Source: a phage
DNA: 64,000 nt
Strand: one strand, 5' to 3'
Sequence record: NC_094493.1
The notes beneath the pieces are model-generated. The model had not been told where the DNA came from. It made no database searches and was given only the letters and a program-made list of their open reading frames with translations. Position numbers and translations under genes: made by a program. Every line of letters begins with the position of its first letter. Positions within the stretch are counted from its first letter, which is position 1. This document shows, piece by piece, positions 1 to 9,530 of the stretch.

Positions 1-136
1 ATTCAGTTTCCCAAGTCCAGTATCCTACAAAAGCCACAACAGCTACCCACATTAATATCGATTTAATCTTTGACATTCTCTCTACCTCTTTCTTAATTTG
101 TTTAATTATGGCACATCCTTTGTGCCTTGTTGCACA

Positions 137-598
137 CTACTTAAACAACAGTTCAAAATAGTGCAAAATTAACAGAAGTTGAATTACGCCTAGCACAACA
201 GCAAGTATGTTAATCTTAGAATCAAAAAACTTCTTAACTTTTACCCTAAAAGGTTCCTTAATGTCCTTTACGATCCTATCTATAGATGACCTCATATCCC
301 TGATTACCATCCTGAACATTAAAGACGGATGATCCCTCTCTGTAACGGAATCGAAAACATACTCTCTTTGATCACAAGGGCCGCCAGCTCTGCGTATTAA
401 CCTCTCCACAGAGACCTCGTACGACACACCTGTAACGTAATCATCTATGACAAGGAGTGACGGGTCTTTATCGTCCAAGGGTATCAAAGTTATCTTTCCA
501 GATTTTGTTAAAATTTCTCCTTTTTCAAGTAAGGTGTACCAATGCTCTCTGCCAAGACTGTTGAGGCACGTTTTTACATATTTAACAAACATCGTCAC
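137..598 (-). CDS. hypothetical protein with C-terminal hydrophobic helix
   Basis: 153-aa ORF; C-terminal ILAVVLGVIQLLLILHYF resembles a membrane anchor; no catalytic motif recognised. Confidence 0.4.
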   Translation of the reverse strand: MTMFVKYVKTCLNSLGREHWYTLLEKGEILTKSGKITLIPLDDKDPSLLVIDDYVTGVSYEVSVERLIRRAGGPCDQREYVFDSVTERDHPSLMFRMVIRDMRSSIDRIVKDIKEPFRVKVKKFFDSKINILAVVLGVIQLLLILHYFELLFK

Positions 599-798
599 CC
601 CTCATCGCACGTCTGATATAACCACTCTATAAAATCTTGATACCATTCGCCCTCTGAGCGCTCCGTAGGCCAATAATCTTCACCCTCTCGTGCATTAAAA
701 TCTGAGTATTCAACTTTCCACTCCTTTACCAGCTCGTGGAGAAGGTTTTCAGCCTGCTCTAAAGATTTATTTTTTGCCATTGCTGTCTCCTTTTTCAA
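595..798 (-). CDS. hypothetical small protein
   Basis: 67-aa ORF in same-strand gene run; start overlaps stop of upstream ORF. Confidence 0.3.
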   Translation of the reverse strand: MKKETAMAKNKSLEQAENLLHELVKEWKVEYSDFNAREGEDYWPTERSEGEWYQDFIEWLYQTCDEG

Positions 799-999
799 GA
801 TAGTTATACATCAGAACTGCACCACCTAAGATGGCTACCAGTAACAATACCCCAGATAGCATCTCAATAAACATGGCTTGAAACACTGGAAGGTCTCCCT
901 AAATTAACGCACCATTTTAAATACATGCTCTTTTCCCATAAAGGTGCCTGGCTAAGATCTGCGTAGAACGCAATCTCTTTAAGAACAGTATAAACAGTT

Positions 1000-1236
1000 T
1001 TAGGTGCGGTCTCCATCCCTACTCTCCTTTTTCTCCTTACGGATATTCTTGTAGTAATCAACTAGGCACATTATTACAATGAAGATAACAATAGGCCAAA
1101 AAGGTGCAGCAGTGATGATGGTGATAAAATCATCAAACTTCACCTTTCGTCTAGCTACTATGCATACACCTGTCAAGAATACCGCTGTTATAACGGCTAT
1201 TACCAGGTAACCTATTAGCACAGCATTTATACTCAT
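1000..1236 (-). CDS. small membrane protein (two predicted TM helices)
   Basis: 78 aa; hydrophobic segments AVLIGYLVIAVITAVFLTGVCIV and ITAAPFWPIVIFIVIMCLV; charged C-tail. Confidence 0.4.
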   Translation of the reverse strand: MSINAVLIGYLVIAVITAVFLTGVCIVARRKVKFDDFITIITAAPFWPIVIFIVIMCLVDYYKNIRKEKKESRDGDRT

Positions 1237-1267
1237 TAGTCCTCCCTTTTGTAGGTTAAATTATATA

Positions 1268-1801
1268 CTACAGATGGTTGCTTATGGTGTCAAGAAAATT
1301 ATCTCGTTCTTTCTCGGAGTTTTCACGGGTGTAGCTGAAAAACATATCTAGAATAACCTTATTGATATATTCCAGCTCCTCTGTGTTCAGGTACTTAGCA
1401 GGATCTACAATGACATCCCAAATATCATACAGACCACACTCATGATATCCATAACGCCACTCAATTGTCAAGCTGAGCGGCAAATCTTTACCGTCACAAA
1501 CAACCTTCCATCTACATATGTTGGTATCTGGGCGTATCTGTGCACGGTATACCTGTACAAAATCCAATTTGAATTTGAGGTATTCGTCATACAATTTAAG
1601 CACAAAGCTCTCGATTTGTGGAGACACTTTTGCAGCAAACTGTGCGTATTTGTATTTGCACTGGATGATCTTTCTGCGTTTTGCAGTTAAATTTTTTGCC
1701 GCCAGTTGTTCTTCAGTGTATCTCCACCTACGATCAACAAACGCAACAGGGTCTTTGTCCCCATAGAGGTCTTCCCAGTTAATCAGAAGCATACCTGTCA
1801 C
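1268..1801 (-). CDS. hypothetical protein
   Basis: 177-aa ORF, coupled to downstream ORF; no motif recognised. Confidence 0.4.
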   Translation of the reverse strand: MTGMLLINWEDLYGDKDPVAFVDRRWRYTEEQLAAKNLTAKRRKIIQCKYKYAQFAAKVSPQIESFVLKLYDEYLKFKLDFVQVYRAQIRPDTNICRWKVVCDGKDLPLSLTIEWRYGYHECGLYDIWDVIVDPAKYLNTEELEYINKVILDMFFSYTRENSEKERDNFLDTISNHL

Positions 1802-2031
1802 TCCTCCACAACTTCAAGGCCTTTACCGCCTCGCTCTGGCAGATTACTTAAAGATAGGTAATACATATAATCAGGAGAGATCCTGCCAGACTCTGCACCT
1901 GCAGATAGTAAATCTTTTCCCTTAACCATGACAACATTATCGTTTGCAGATAGTCGTTTTGCTTCCACAATTTTACCAACGCAGTCAACCAAGGAAGGGT
2001 ACCCTAAATCTGTAAGAAATTTAACTTTCAT
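1798..2031 (-). CDS. hypothetical small protein
   Basis: 77-aa ORF overlapping the start codon of 1268..1801. Confidence 0.3.
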   Translation of the reverse strand: MKVKFLTDLGYPSLVDCVGKIVEAKRLSANDNVVMVKGKDLLSAGAESGRISPDYMYYLSLSNLPERGGKGLEVVEE

Positions 2032-2070
2032 GCTACCTCCTACCTCTACCGTCCCTGGTAAGATAAATTA

Positions 2071-2469
2071 TTACTGAACAAAGCGCGGAGCTGGGAAGGA
2101 TAACTCTTCTAAAGAGAAGATTTCATTCCCCACAATCCATGTTGCAGGATCATCTGGGTTGACTGGATAGATAATCATCACCTCGTCAGTGTTACATACC
2201 CGCTTTTTACCTGTGGAGTCATCAGCAACCAGCATGCGCGGTTCTTCAGAAATGCACAGGTAGCCTCCTCGGCCCACTGTTCCTTCCACAGGGTCTTGCC
2301 CTTTGATCACGATGATTATCTTCTCTCCTGTGGTGATATTACCTTGCACACTCACCGTTTGACCAACTTTAGATGTGCCGAACTTGGTGGTTTCAAACAT
2401 TAAATCTCGAATTACTGTTGCATAGTCTCCAGACACTTTCTTACCTTCTTTAGTGATCTCAATCTTCAT
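2071..2469 (-). CDS. hypothetical protein
   Basis: 132-aa ORF; no motif recognised. Confidence 0.4.
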   Translation of the reverse strand: MKIEITKEGKKVSGDYATVIRDLMFETTKFGTSKVGQTVSVQGNITTGEKIIIVIKGQDPVEGTVGRGGYLCISEEPRMLVADDSTGKKRVCNTDEVMIIYPVNPDDPATWIVGNEIFSLEELSFPAPRFVQ

Positions 2470-2732
2470 ACACTGGGCTCCTTAAATGAATCTATGTAAT
2501 CAATTAAATCCCAAGCATCCCTATGACCTGTCAGAGGGTATACTTCTCCAAGAGGGATCATAGCAATAAGTCTATCAAAAACCCAATCTGGGCGCAACAT
2601 TTTATGGTGATACTCCCACTCACCTTCTACAGATTTTTTCTGAGTAATCAGGATCTCTGTGTAGTGTTTCGCCTGTCTTGAGTAAATTGAAAATGACTTG
2701 TACATAAATGACCCCCTTGTTGAGAACAACAA
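2466..2732 (-). CDS. hypothetical protein
   Basis: 88-aa ORF, 4-nt overlap with downstream ORF. Confidence 0.35.
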   Translation of the reverse strand: MLFSTRGSFMYKSFSIYSRQAKHYTEILITQKKSVEGEWEYHHKMLRPDWVFDRLIAMIPLGEVYPLTGHRDAWDLIDYIDSFKEPSV

Positions 2733-2739
2733 TACATAA

Positions 2740-3093
2740 CTACCAGGTTACTGTCAAGTAGGCAACCGTGTTATTTTTCTCTGGAGAGATGCCAACAACA
2801 TCTACCTGCAGACCTCCTGCCCTCAAATCCCCAACAATATGCGGGAAGTAATCTGAGAGATGTGAGGGTAGATTTATCGAAAATCCGCATCCCAGAAAGC
2901 CTGCTAACGCTTTATTTTGTATCTCCCCTACAATCGCATCATAAATGGAGTTAAGCTCGTCAGGGAGCGTTACAGGACGTTTTAGCGCTAACTGGTGCAA
3001 CTTGTCCTTAGCACTCATTTTCATTTCAAATCTGCCTCTGGTGGTGCCAACCACATAAATGGCGGCAAGTTTAGACGGTTTTTCTTGTCCCAT
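2740..3093 (-). CDS. hypothetical protein; 5' end overlaps methyltransferase ORF in another frame
   Basis: 117-aa ORF; first 73 nt overlap 3021..3554; internal Met (MKMSAKD) may be the real start. Confidence 0.3.
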   Translation of the reverse strand: MGQEKPSKLAAIYVVGTTRGRFEMKMSAKDKLHQLALKRPVTLPDELNSIYDAIVGEIQNKALAGFLGCGFSINLPSHLSDYFPHIVGDLRAGGLQVDVVGISPEKNNTVAYLTVTW

Positions 3094-3554
3094 ACAAAAT
3101 ATGCATATGCCTGCCCATCCGTTCTACCATTGGATTGGAATGACGGGCGCTTAGATATTGTGATCACAGTGGTAGGTGCATTATCAAGCCACCATTCAAA
3201 TCTGGCCTTGCTTTCCAGAAAATTAAGACGCAAAAGCATAATAACTACGTCGGCATCTTTCAACGCCTTGTCCACAAACTCACGAGCCAGGCTGTACGGC
3301 GGGTTGGTGATAATACAGTCAACATGGTTGTATTCTGTATTCAGATAGTCAACACCTTCTTGGATTTCTCCCCATGCAGATCCTAATGGCATACGGGAGT
3401 AGAACACACCTGAGGCACTATTCCTGCAAGGCTCTAAGTAGGTCCAGTCTTCTGGGAACGTAATAAGGTCATACAGCCCTTCTGCACACCACTCCGGTGT
3501 CACATACTCATCGTAGGCGTTACGTTGTTCATCAGGTTTTCTAGCACAAGTCAT
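3021..3554 (-). CDS. small phage Dam-like DNA N6-adenine methyltransferase (putative)
   Basis: 177 aa; motif IV DCIITNPPY; size typical of small phage Dam-type MTases; motif I not confidently located. Confidence 0.5.
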   Translation of the reverse strand: MTCARKPDEQRNAYDEYVTPEWCAEGLYDLITFPEDWTYLEPCRNSASGVFYSRMPLGSAWGEIQEGVDYLNTEYNHVDCIITNPPYSLAREFVDKALKDADVVIMLLRLNFLESKARFEWWLDNAPTTVITISKRPSFQSNGRTDGQAYAYFVWDKKNRLNLPPFMWLAPPEADLK

Positions 3555-3570
3555 GCAAATCTCCAGATCA

Positions 3571-3594
3571 TAAAAGCCCTCCGAAGAGGGCTTT
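3571..3594 (-). terminator. rho-independent terminator-like hairpin
   Basis: aagccctc-cgaa-gagggctt stem-loop followed on minus strand by TTTTAT, just downstream of 3606..4655. Confidence 0.45.
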
Positions 3595-3605
3595 AGAATT
3601 AATGT

Positions 3606-4655
3606 TTAAGCTTCTTCGACAATTCCTGCACCCAGGATTTTTTCATTGAGCTCTTTTGCTGTTTTAATGATATTGTCCATCAGACGCTTGCGGGTCTTAT
3701 CTTTCACCTTAACCTCTTCACCGCCGTTCAGAGTAGTCTTCAATTGAGACAGAATATCCTGAAGTTCAACGACAGAGAATCTCTGCAGATCTTCTGAAGT
3801 AATCTCACCCAGGGCAATTCTGACGGTCTCGCCACTTTCCATCTGCAGATTCAGGAACACAGTGTGAACATCACCTTTCGAACCACCCGCTTTTGCAGAT
3901 TCAACCGCATGAACTAACTCATCTAAAGATGTGCACTGGTGAATCTCCGGAAGACCTGCTTCACCTAACACGCCTTCTTCATCACCTTTTGCCAGAAGCT
4001 TTTTCGGTTTTTGTCCGTTCTGGATGCGTTGTATGTTGCCTTCATCCAGAATAATAGCTCCAGTGCGTGCTGCCAGCTCTTCTCCGTCCAACCACACTTC
4101 GCCACCAGCTGTGATGGATGCGATCTCATCTTCTGTTAGCACCCCACCGTAGTATTTTTCGATCAGGCGTTCAAAACGTTTTTTCCAGTAGCTGACCTGA
4201 GTATTCATGTTCACACCGTTACCATAAGTGCCACCTTGATAGTAGTGGAACATAAACTCTGTGTCCGGAGCCACAGTACGTTCTTTACAACCAAGCCATA
4301 AGATTGTTCCAGCAGAGCAGCACATCCCTTCAGCATGTGCAACAACGCTTGCCTGAGACTCTCGGAATGCCTGCAGATAAGCCATTGCAATGTGCACGCA
4401 ACCCCCAGGGCTATTGATGATCACCCGAATGCTTTCTTCCGGCTGAGCCATACGGATCGTCTGCAGACGAGACATATGATCTTGTAAGTCTTCCAAATCG
4501 TCGATATAAAGAACGTGGTCAACAACAGGTGTTGGGTAGCTGTATGTTTCCATGATACCGCCCGGCATACCAAACATTTTATTACTCATAGGTTCGAAAC
4601 CGTTCTGTTTTTCTTTCATGCCGTGTACCATGGCTCTGCGAGGTGTTAAATTCAT
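3606..4655 (-). CDS. ClpP-like serine protease with C-terminal charged/helical extension
   Basis: 349 aa; ClpP-type VIINSPGG and catalytic-Ser context GMCCSAGT; about 120 aa of charged C-terminal sequence. Confidence 0.55.
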   Translation of the reverse strand: MNLTPRRAMVHGMKEKQNGFEPMSNKMFGMPGGIMETYSYPTPVVDHVLYIDDLEDLQDHMSRLQTIRMAQPEESIRVIINSPGGCVHIAMAYLQAFRESQASVVAHAEGMCCSAGTILWLGCKERTVAPDTEFMFHYYQGGTYGNGVNMNTQVSYWKKRFERLIEKYYGGVLTEDEIASITAGGEVWLDGEELAARTGAIILDEGNIQRIQNGQKPKKLLAKGDEEGVLGEAGLPEIHQCTSLDELVHAVESAKAGGSKGDVHTVFLNLQMESGETVRIALGEITSEDLQRFSVVELQDILSQLKTTLNGGEEVKVKDKTRKRLMDNIIKTAKELNEKILGAGIVEEA

Positions 4656-4715
4656 GAGAAATCCTTAATATTGGAAGTTGAAAGCTATTTATTTAAACCT
4701 GATTCACATTTACCT

Positions 4716-5027
4716 TTATTTAGCAATCACTATGGAATACTTACGATTGTCAGAAGCATCACAACTCAATGATTGCCAGTCTACCACATACCACGTATCA
4801 TTGTCAACAATTACTTTATCGCCTGTTCTGTAGCAAGTGCTGCTTTCAATAATTCTAGACTCGATAAAGAATCTGTGTCGGCGCTCACGTAGCAACGCTA
4901 AGTTAATTATATTACCACCGCTGTCCTTGGTCCACACATTCTTGGATCCCTTATTTGCCAAAATTGTCTCTCCGTTATAGACAAACAGGCAGTATATTTT
5001 ATTCAGTTTCTCTTGTATTGTAGCCAT
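4716..5027 (-). CDS. hypothetical protein
   Basis: 103-aa ORF preceded by a consensus promoter. Confidence 0.4.
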   Translation of the reverse strand: MATIQEKLNKIYCLFVYNGETILANKGSKNVWTKDSGGNIINLALLRERRHRFFIESRIIESSTCYRTGDKVIVDNDTWYVVDWQSLSCDASDNRKYSIVIAK

Positions 5028-5055
5028 ACTGTCCTTCTCTCTGTTTTGTCCGATA

Positions 5056-5084
5056 ATAATATCTAAAGCTTACCTATTTGTCAA
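5056..5084 (-). promoter_or_regulatory. sigma70-type promoter (minus strand)
   Basis: reverse complement reads TTGACA-17nt-TATTAT upstream of ORF 4716..5027. Confidence 0.5.
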
Positions 5085-5128
5085 CAACTGTTTTAGATAT
5101 TTAAGGGTGGAATAACCACCCTTCTGTA

Positions 5129-5917
5129 TTACTCGGAAACAGGGGTCCAAATATGATTTGCACGATCCTCAATAAGATTGAGTGCGATCTGACGACCCAA
5201 CCCAGAACGAACGACATCGTCTGGACTATCAAAGCTGATCATTCCAACCTCAGGATCTGGATGACGAGTAAAGAAATCCGTCACCCATGCAAGGCCAGAT
5301 TTACCAGGGATGTCACGTTGGCTATTATCACCCATAATTACAAGGGTGGCTTGATCAGAGATCCTTGTGATAATTGACAACATTTCTTCAGGGTTAGTTT
5401 GCTGTGCCTCGTCAATCAGGACAAAGCATCGCTCATCGAAACTACGACCACGAATGCTTTCAACTTCACAAATCTCGATACGGCTGTTCTGACCGTCTCC
5501 CAGCATTGCGGCAAAAGCACCTTTGCCAACACGACGACAAATCGTGTCCATCATGCTTCGAAGATAGGGCCACAGTTTCTGCATTGCATTTCCAGGTTTA
5601 AATCCTGAAGTCTTTCCTGTCTGAACGTAAGGACGTGCAACAATAATCTTATCAATCTCGTTCTTACGCAGAAGATCACCTGCATATGCAGATGCCATGA
5701 ATGTCTTACCGGATCCAAACACACCGTTTACAATAATAATCTTACGTGACCCTAGATAATCAAGATACTTTTGCTGCTTCTTATTCATTGGTCGGAGAGC
5801 TGGAGCGGTGTGCTCTCTTTCGTCAGCAAATTTCTCAGCAGCCTTACGCAGGCGATCAGATTTGCGAGCCTCTCTAGCTTCATCACGCATGCGTTTTGTT
5901 TCTTTAGCTCGACCCAT
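5129..5917 (-). CDS. phoH: PhoH-like ATPase
   Basis: 262 aa; Walker A GVFGSGKTFMA and Walker B-like FVLIDEAQ in PhoH-type arrangement. Confidence 0.85.
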   Translation of the reverse strand: MGRAKETKRMRDEAREARKSDRLRKAAEKFADEREHTAPALRPMNKKQQKYLDYLGSRKIIIVNGVFGSGKTFMASAYAGDLLRKNEIDKIIVARPYVQTGKTSGFKPGNAMQKLWPYLRSMMDTICRRVGKGAFAAMLGDGQNSRIEICEVESIRGRSFDERCFVLIDEAQQTNPEEMLSIITRISDQATLVIMGDNSQRDIPGKSGLAWVTDFFTRHPDPEVGMISFDSPDDVVRSGLGRQIALNLIEDRANHIWTPVSE

Positions 5918-5955
5918 GTTGGGACTCCTTTCAGATTGAGATGTGCCAAGTACTT

Positions 5956-6306
5956 TTACTGCAACAGTTTTTCAATAGCCGCTTCCATGCTGCTTGCAAC
6001 AGCCTGAACTCGGATATTCATCTCTTCTTGGTGGATCAGCTCCTTAAGCTCTTTAATGGTAAATTCTTTAGAGAAACCTTCCACCATAATCTTGTGCAAG
6101 GCTTCTTGCGTGTCTACTTGCAAGAACTTTTCCAGTTTGTTGGCAGAGGCTTCTAAATCAGCCCGAATACGAGGGTCATCTGTGCGATTCAGCATTAGGC
6201 GTAAGCCATCAAGATTAGTAGAAATAGCATCTGCATGTTGAGTAACTAACCGTGGCAAAATGAGATCTACAAACTTATTAGCCAAATCGATACGTTCTTG
6301 TGTCAC
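5956..6306 (-). CDS. hypothetical protein
   Basis: 116-aa ORF; helical/charged; no motif recognised. Confidence 0.4.
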   Translation of the reverse strand: MTQERIDLANKFVDLILPRLVTQHADAISTNLDGLRLMLNRTDDPRIRADLEASANKLEKFLQVDTQEALHKIMVEGFSKEFTIKELKELIHQEEMNIRVQAVASSMEAAIEKLLQ

Positions 6307-6417
6307 TGTTGCACCCCCTCTTCATCTTCATGATGTTTCTTTTCACGCTTGTGTTTTTTCTTAAGCTCAAGCGCAATCTCTTTCTTGTACGCCTTCTTCA
6401 AGGCTTTTTTAGCCATT
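6304..6417 (-). CDS. small lysine-rich protein (below track size cut-off)
   Basis: 37 codons MAKKALKKAYKKEIALELKKKHKREKKHHEDEEGVQQ read on minus strand; ATG preceded by AGGAGGTG. Confidence 0.25.
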
Positions 6418-6445
6418 TGGCACCTCCTCTGCTTTCATTACGGCA

Positions 6446-6475
6446 ATTATAACCAACTCAACAAAGCTTTGTCAA
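6446..6475 (-). promoter_or_regulatory. sigma70-type promoter (minus strand)
   Basis: reverse complement reads TTGACA-18nt-TATAAT upstream of the small basic ORF. Confidence 0.45.
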
Positions 6476-6478
6476 CAA

Positions 6479-6952
6479 CTAGTCTACCTGAACCCAACCG
6501 CCTGATACTTTTTTAAACATTCTTTGGTTATCACTGCCTCGGAACGGTTTCTTGGTTGGTAAATCTTTTACATACTTACCGTCAATGATGATATCAGCCA
6601 GTTTAAGAACATCACTAGAGATATGGTCAAATGTGAACCCAGTATATACAAGAATAGTTTTCTTGTCACCAAATTTTTCCTTAATTTTCTCCATCAGGCT
6701 AATAATATCTGGCTCATTATAGTATGCTAAGGGTTCTCCACCCAGCAGAGAGATACCGCACACAGACGGGTTATCTAAATCTGACAAGATTTTTTGCAAG
6801 TCTTCTTCAGTAAACTCTCTCCCCTTATCTTTTGACCAAAATGCCTGATTAAAGCAACCATGGCAAGCGTGTGGGCACCCAGATACCCATAAGGCAGTTC
6901 TAATACCTGGCCCTTCGGTGTAAGATATTTCTGTGTATCCGGCAATATTCAT
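6479..6952 (-). CDS. nrdG: anaerobic ribonucleotide reductase activating protein
   Basis: 157 aa; radical-SAM CxxxCxxC (GCPHACHGC); downstream of nrdD. Confidence 0.85.
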   Translation of the reverse strand: MNIAGYTEISYTEGPGIRTALWVSGCPHACHGCFNQAFWSKDKGREFTEEDLQKILSDLDNPSVCGISLLGGEPLAYYNEPDIISLMEKIKEKFGDKKTILVYTGFTFDHISSDVLKLADIIIDGKYVKDLPTKKPFRGSDNQRMFKKVSGGWVQVD

Positions 6953-7068
6953 AGATACTCCGCATCACATTTAGGGCAATGCCAAATAAAATCGTCCAGT
7001 GCCTTGCACCAACGAAGATTGCAACGACAACCACACTTGCAAATTTTATAAATACCTGTAGACATACT
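6949..7068 (-). CDS. small Cys-rich protein (putative zinc ribbon) between nrdD and nrdG
   Basis: 38 codons MSTGIYKICKCGCRCNLRWCKALDDFIWHCPKCDAEYL; GGAGG RBS; ATGA overlap with nrdG start. Confidence 0.3.
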   Translation of the reverse strand, partial: SMSTGIYKICKCGCRCNLRWCKALDDFIWHCPKCDAEYL

Positions 7069-7128
7069 GTACCTCCTAGCTCACTGTATGTCAATAATAT
7101 GCCACATCCTTGTGGCTTTTGTCAAGTA

Positions 7129-9252
7129 TCAGCAACCACAACTTCCGTAGTGCTTAACCCGTTCTATAACTTCCGCTTGCTTACCTTTATTGTAAGGACG
7201 GGAGTTTGGACTAGACAGGTACCCGGATACACGTCTGATCACACTGATCGTTCCCTCTTCATGGTTTCCACACTCTGGGCATACGAATCCCTTAGCTGTT
7301 GCACTGAACTCACCAGAGAAACCACACTTAAGACATTTATCCACAGGCTGGTTGATACCAAAATACATAATGTGTTTATATCCGAAATCAACAAGAGCTT
7401 CCAAAGCATCTAAGTTGTTTTTCAGATTTGGTGTCTCTACGTATCCGATGTTGCCACCAGAAGAGATCATAGCAAAACCTTCCTCATACTCCCACTTATC
7501 AAAAGGAGAGCTATTGATCCATACTGGCTGATGGAAACTGTTGGTGAGATATTCATGCTCGTGCTTCAACACTTCAGGATATTCACGATCCAGACAGGTT
7601 GCAGCTTTATAGCATAGACTCTCAGAAGGGGTGCCGTACAAGCTAAACGCTAGTCTACTTTCCTTCTTGTATCGCTCACAAGCATCTCTCATGTGCTGAA
7701 GTATTCCAAGAGCTAAAGCCTTGTCACCCTCCCTGCCCAAAATCTGACAGGTTTCATACACACCAATATACCCAATACTGATGGAAGCGTACCCGTCATA
7801 GAAGAGTTTATCAATACTCTCTTCAGGATCCAGGCGAGCAAGAGCGCCTTCACACCACATGATAGGGTTCTGCCCTGCCTTTGTTCCTTTTAGACGGTTA
7901 ACCCTTACAAGGTGAGCTTCATACGCCAAATCCAGATACTCGTCAAGAACTGCAAAGAAATCAACACCTTCCGTTTTAGCTTTTGCCGCAATCATTGGTA
8001 GGTTAAGGCTAACAACGCCTAAGTTAAATCTGCCAAGGTATTTCTCCTCGCCTGTTTCCAAGTCATTATATTTGCTAAGAAAACTCCGGCAACCCATGCT
8101 CGTTACTTTACCATCTGTCGAGCCTGTCACTTTACGATTTAGTGGAACAGAAACAAAGTCAGGATAAATCCGCTCTGCAGAGCATTCCAGAGCTAATCGT
8201 TTCAAATCATAGTTAGGATCTCCAGGGTTCATGTTGACACCCTCTTCTAGGAAGAACAGCACTTTAGGGAACACAGGTGTGATACGTTCTTCACCAAGAC
8301 CCATTTTGTGGACTTTCAAGTAATTTTTGGTAATCATTCTACCAAAGACCGAGGTATCCAGTCCTAAACTTAATGTGATGAATGGAGTTTGCCCGTTGAC
8401 AGAAGTTAACGTATTGATTTGATAGAGCAAAGTCTGCATGCTGTCAAATACGTCTTTATCTGTCATTTGCATTGCAACAGTCTCAGCATCTGGCAACCAA
8501 TGTTCCTGGCAAAATTTAAGGTTCTTCTCATAGGTCGCTTCAGCATACTGTGCCAGATAATGATCAATATGGCTCATAGTCTGACCCCCATATTGAGCAC
8601 TAGCTACTGCACTAGAGATTTGGCTAAGGATTGTTGTTGCAACCCCTATTGACTTAGGCTTACTGACATGGGCGTTACCAATGTTGAATCCGTTTTCCAA
8701 CATATCTGGATAATTTACCAAACAACAGTTTGTTAACGGACTGATCAAGTAGTCAAGATCATGCACATGGATGAAGCCTCTATTGTGCTCTTCTGAGACA
8801 CGGTCTGGCAGGATCTGTGTTGATGCAAGGTGTTTGCTAAGGATGCCTGCAAGCAGGTCACGATGAGTGTGTACATGATTGGTAGGCTTATTTGCGTTTT
8901 CTTTTGTAAATTCATCACAAGTGCGATCCAAGAAGCCACTAATATCTGCAAGCAGTTTTCCACCTGCCTCTCTGTTATTATCTCTTGTCTGCCTATACTG
9001 GATGTATTCTCTGGCTGCACATTTTAAACCCATATCCATAAGAGCGTCTTCAACAAGGATATGGATATTTTTTACAGAGATCGTGCACTGGTCGGTTGGT
9101 AGATTGTTAGCAACAACTTCATTAACCGCGCAGGCGATCCGGTAAGCTTCTTCTTCAGTATGCCCAGACTCAAGTAAGGCGGACTCTGCCGCCTTGATCA
9201 CCTTAATTCCGTTATAGACCTCTTCTCTACCATCCCGTTTTACAACTTTCAC
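7129..9252 (-). CDS. nrdD: anaerobic (class III) ribonucleoside-triphosphate reductase
   Basis: 707 aa; C-terminal glycyl-radical motif RVSGYL and terminal Cys cluster. Confidence 0.9.
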   Translation of the reverse strand: MKVVKRDGREEVYNGIKVIKAAESALLESGHTEEEAYRIACAVNEVVANNLPTDQCTISVKNIHILVEDALMDMGLKCAAREYIQYRQTRDNNREAGGKLLADISGFLDRTCDEFTKENANKPTNHVHTHRDLLAGILSKHLASTQILPDRVSEEHNRGFIHVHDLDYLISPLTNCCLVNYPDMLENGFNIGNAHVSKPKSIGVATTILSQISSAVASAQYGGQTMSHIDHYLAQYAEATYEKNLKFCQEHWLPDAETVAMQMTDKDVFDSMQTLLYQINTLTSVNGQTPFITLSLGLDTSVFGRMITKNYLKVHKMGLGEERITPVFPKVLFFLEEGVNMNPGDPNYDLKRLALECSAERIYPDFVSVPLNRKVTGSTDGKVTSMGCRSFLSKYNDLETGEEKYLGRFNLGVVSLNLPMIAAKAKTEGVDFFAVLDEYLDLAYEAHLVRVNRLKGTKAGQNPIMWCEGALARLDPEESIDKLFYDGYASISIGYIGVYETCQILGREGDKALALGILQHMRDACERYKKESRLAFSLYGTPSESLCYKAATCLDREYPEVLKHEHEYLTNSFHQPVWINSSPFDKWEYEEGFAMISSGGNIGYVETPNLKNNLDALEALVDFGYKHIMYFGINQPVDKCLKCGFSGEFSATAKGFVCPECGNHEEGTISVIRRVSGYLSSPNSRPYNKGKQAEVIERVKHYGSCGC

Positions 9253-9527
9253 TTTTTCTCTCCAAAACCATTCTTAACAAAAGAGATGAAATCGTCGGCA
9301 CCGCCTATATGGACACTTTCAAGATTGCTTTCTAAGAAGATCTGCGGCAACGTTCTGGGTACGATTGGACTGCACTTCTCAATAAGCTCTTCTTTTGTGT
9401 AACCCTCGCCAAGTGTCTTATATACAAAAGGCAGACCTTTACTGACTGCAAATTCTTTTGCTCTTACACAATGTGGGCAGTTATCTTTACCGTAAATAAT
9501 AAAGAAAAAAGATTTTTCACAGCTCAT
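9249..9527 (-). CDS. glutaredoxin/thioredoxin-like redoxin
   Basis: 92 aa; CPHC redox motif near N-terminus; coupled between nrdB and nrdD. Confidence 0.7.
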   Translation of the reverse strand: MSCEKSFFFIIYGKDNCPHCVRAKEFAVSKGLPFVYKTLGEGYTKEELIEKCSPIVPRTLPQIFLESNLESVHIGGADDFISFVKNGFGEKK

Positions 9528-9530
9528 GTA

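Noticed and set aside
1000-1236. Two-TM small protein as the missing holin
   Set aside because: Topology is compatible but the gene is more than 20 kb from the endolysin and spanins with no other lysis context; left as a generic membrane protein.
7094-7128. TTGACA-like and TATTAT hexamers on the minus strand between nrdD and the small Cys ORF
   Set aside because: Spacer is about 20 nt, too long for sigma70; the embedded gccacaaggatgtggc hairpin suggests an RNA structure or attenuator instead.
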